This document shows positions 35,590 through 35,874 of a DNA stretch of 35,874 nucleotides, piece after piece. Source of the DNA: an uncultured Peptococcaceae bacterium (GTDB taxonomy: Bacteria; Bacillota; Peptococcia; Peptococcales; Peptococcaceae); the NCBI GenBank assembly GCA_900553245.1, contig USCP01000001.1, positions 1-35,874 of the forward strand, in the 5' to 3' direction. How positions within the stretch are numbered: the first letter of the stretch is position 1; each line of letters begins with the position of its first letter. The notes below the pieces were generated by a model. That model was given only the letters and a program-made list of their open reading frames with translations, had not been told where the DNA came from and ran no database searches. The position numbers and the translations under genes were made by a program.

Positions 35590-35874
35590 TCACACACCAC
35601 CCTCCACGCACCTACCATCCTCGATGCGAATAATACGATCCGCAAGTTGCGCAATTTCTTCGTTATGCGTAATCATCACAATGGTTTGTCGATAGCGTTC
35701 CCCGGTCATCTTCAATAACCCCAACACATCTTGACTCGTACGAGAATCCAAATTCCCTGTCGGTTCATCCGCTAAAATGATTGCTGGTTTAATCGCCAAC
35801 GCCCTAGCGATGGCTACACGTTGCTGTTGACCGCCAGAAAGCATATTTGGGTGACATTTCAATTTATCTTTCAG
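35590..35874 (-). CDS. ABC transporter ATP-binding protein (MacB/LolD-like), C-terminal part; 5' end beyond the right edge
   Basis: The frame is open to the window edge. It has the signature LSGGQQQRVAIARAL and Walker B IILADEPTGNLD plus the H-loop ITHN. The stop is at 35590-35592. Confidence 0.88.
   Translation of the reverse strand: MKDKLKCHPNMLSGGQQQRVAIARALAIKPAIILADEPTGNLDSRTSQDVLGLLKMTGERYRQTIVMITHNEEIAQLADRIIRIEDGRCVEGGV

Noticed and set aside
1-35874. CRISPR arrays, rRNA genes, prophage/integrase genes, toxin-antitoxin pairs or long inverted repeats
   Set aside because: None was seen on reading either strand. The only repeats found are the tRNA-Gly duplication, the two short degenerate duplications in clpP and dapB, the 22-nt-spaced TTGAAGG pair and the terminator hairpins.

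Overview
This is a 35.9-kb chromosomal segment from a low-GC Gram-positive-type (Bacillota) genome. That assignment rests on RNase Y, an L-box riboswitch, PyrK/PyrD class 1B DHODH, a DinG with an N-terminal exonuclease domain, IS200 and AGGAGG-type RBSs. I cannot place it more precisely from sequence alone. Almost all of it is housekeeping and most genes are on the minus strand. In coordinate order (left to right), the content is: lon (partial), clpX, clpP, tig; two tandem tRNA-Gly(GCC) genes; gap (+); a response regulator / ABC-2 transporter / histidine kinase module; an orphan 55-aa gene; an IS200 remnant; a lysine-riboswitch-controlled dapB-asd operon; an alpha/beta hydrolase; trmL; a Sir2 deacetylase (+); rny; a 12-gene, almost gap-free minus-strand cluster transcribed pyrB-pyrC-pyrK-pyrD-pyrF-pyrE-hflX-ynbB-DUF456-ddl-recA-recX (28653 down to 17177); ahcY-dinG (+); and a MacB/FtsX-type ABC transporter (partial at the right edge). 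There is no rRNA, no CRISPR array and no intact mobile element. I do not see a convincing new multi-gene system such as a defence island. The observations most worth follow-up are these. (1) Three genes have broken reading frames (clpP, dapB, the hydrolase). The clpP and dapB breaks are short, degenerate tandem copies of adjacent sequence. Each of the three is one homopolymer base away from being in frame. (2) HflX carries a ~185-aa N-terminal extension with a complete JAMM/MPN+ metal-binding motif. (3) A consensus promoter followed by an intrinsic terminator lies in the rny leader. (4) An orphan small gene with consensus expression signals sits next to the IS200 remnant. (5) recA is packed into the pyrimidine/hflX/ddl cluster with no intergenic space of its own. 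All functional calls come from motif recognition in the supplied translations. No database search was possible.
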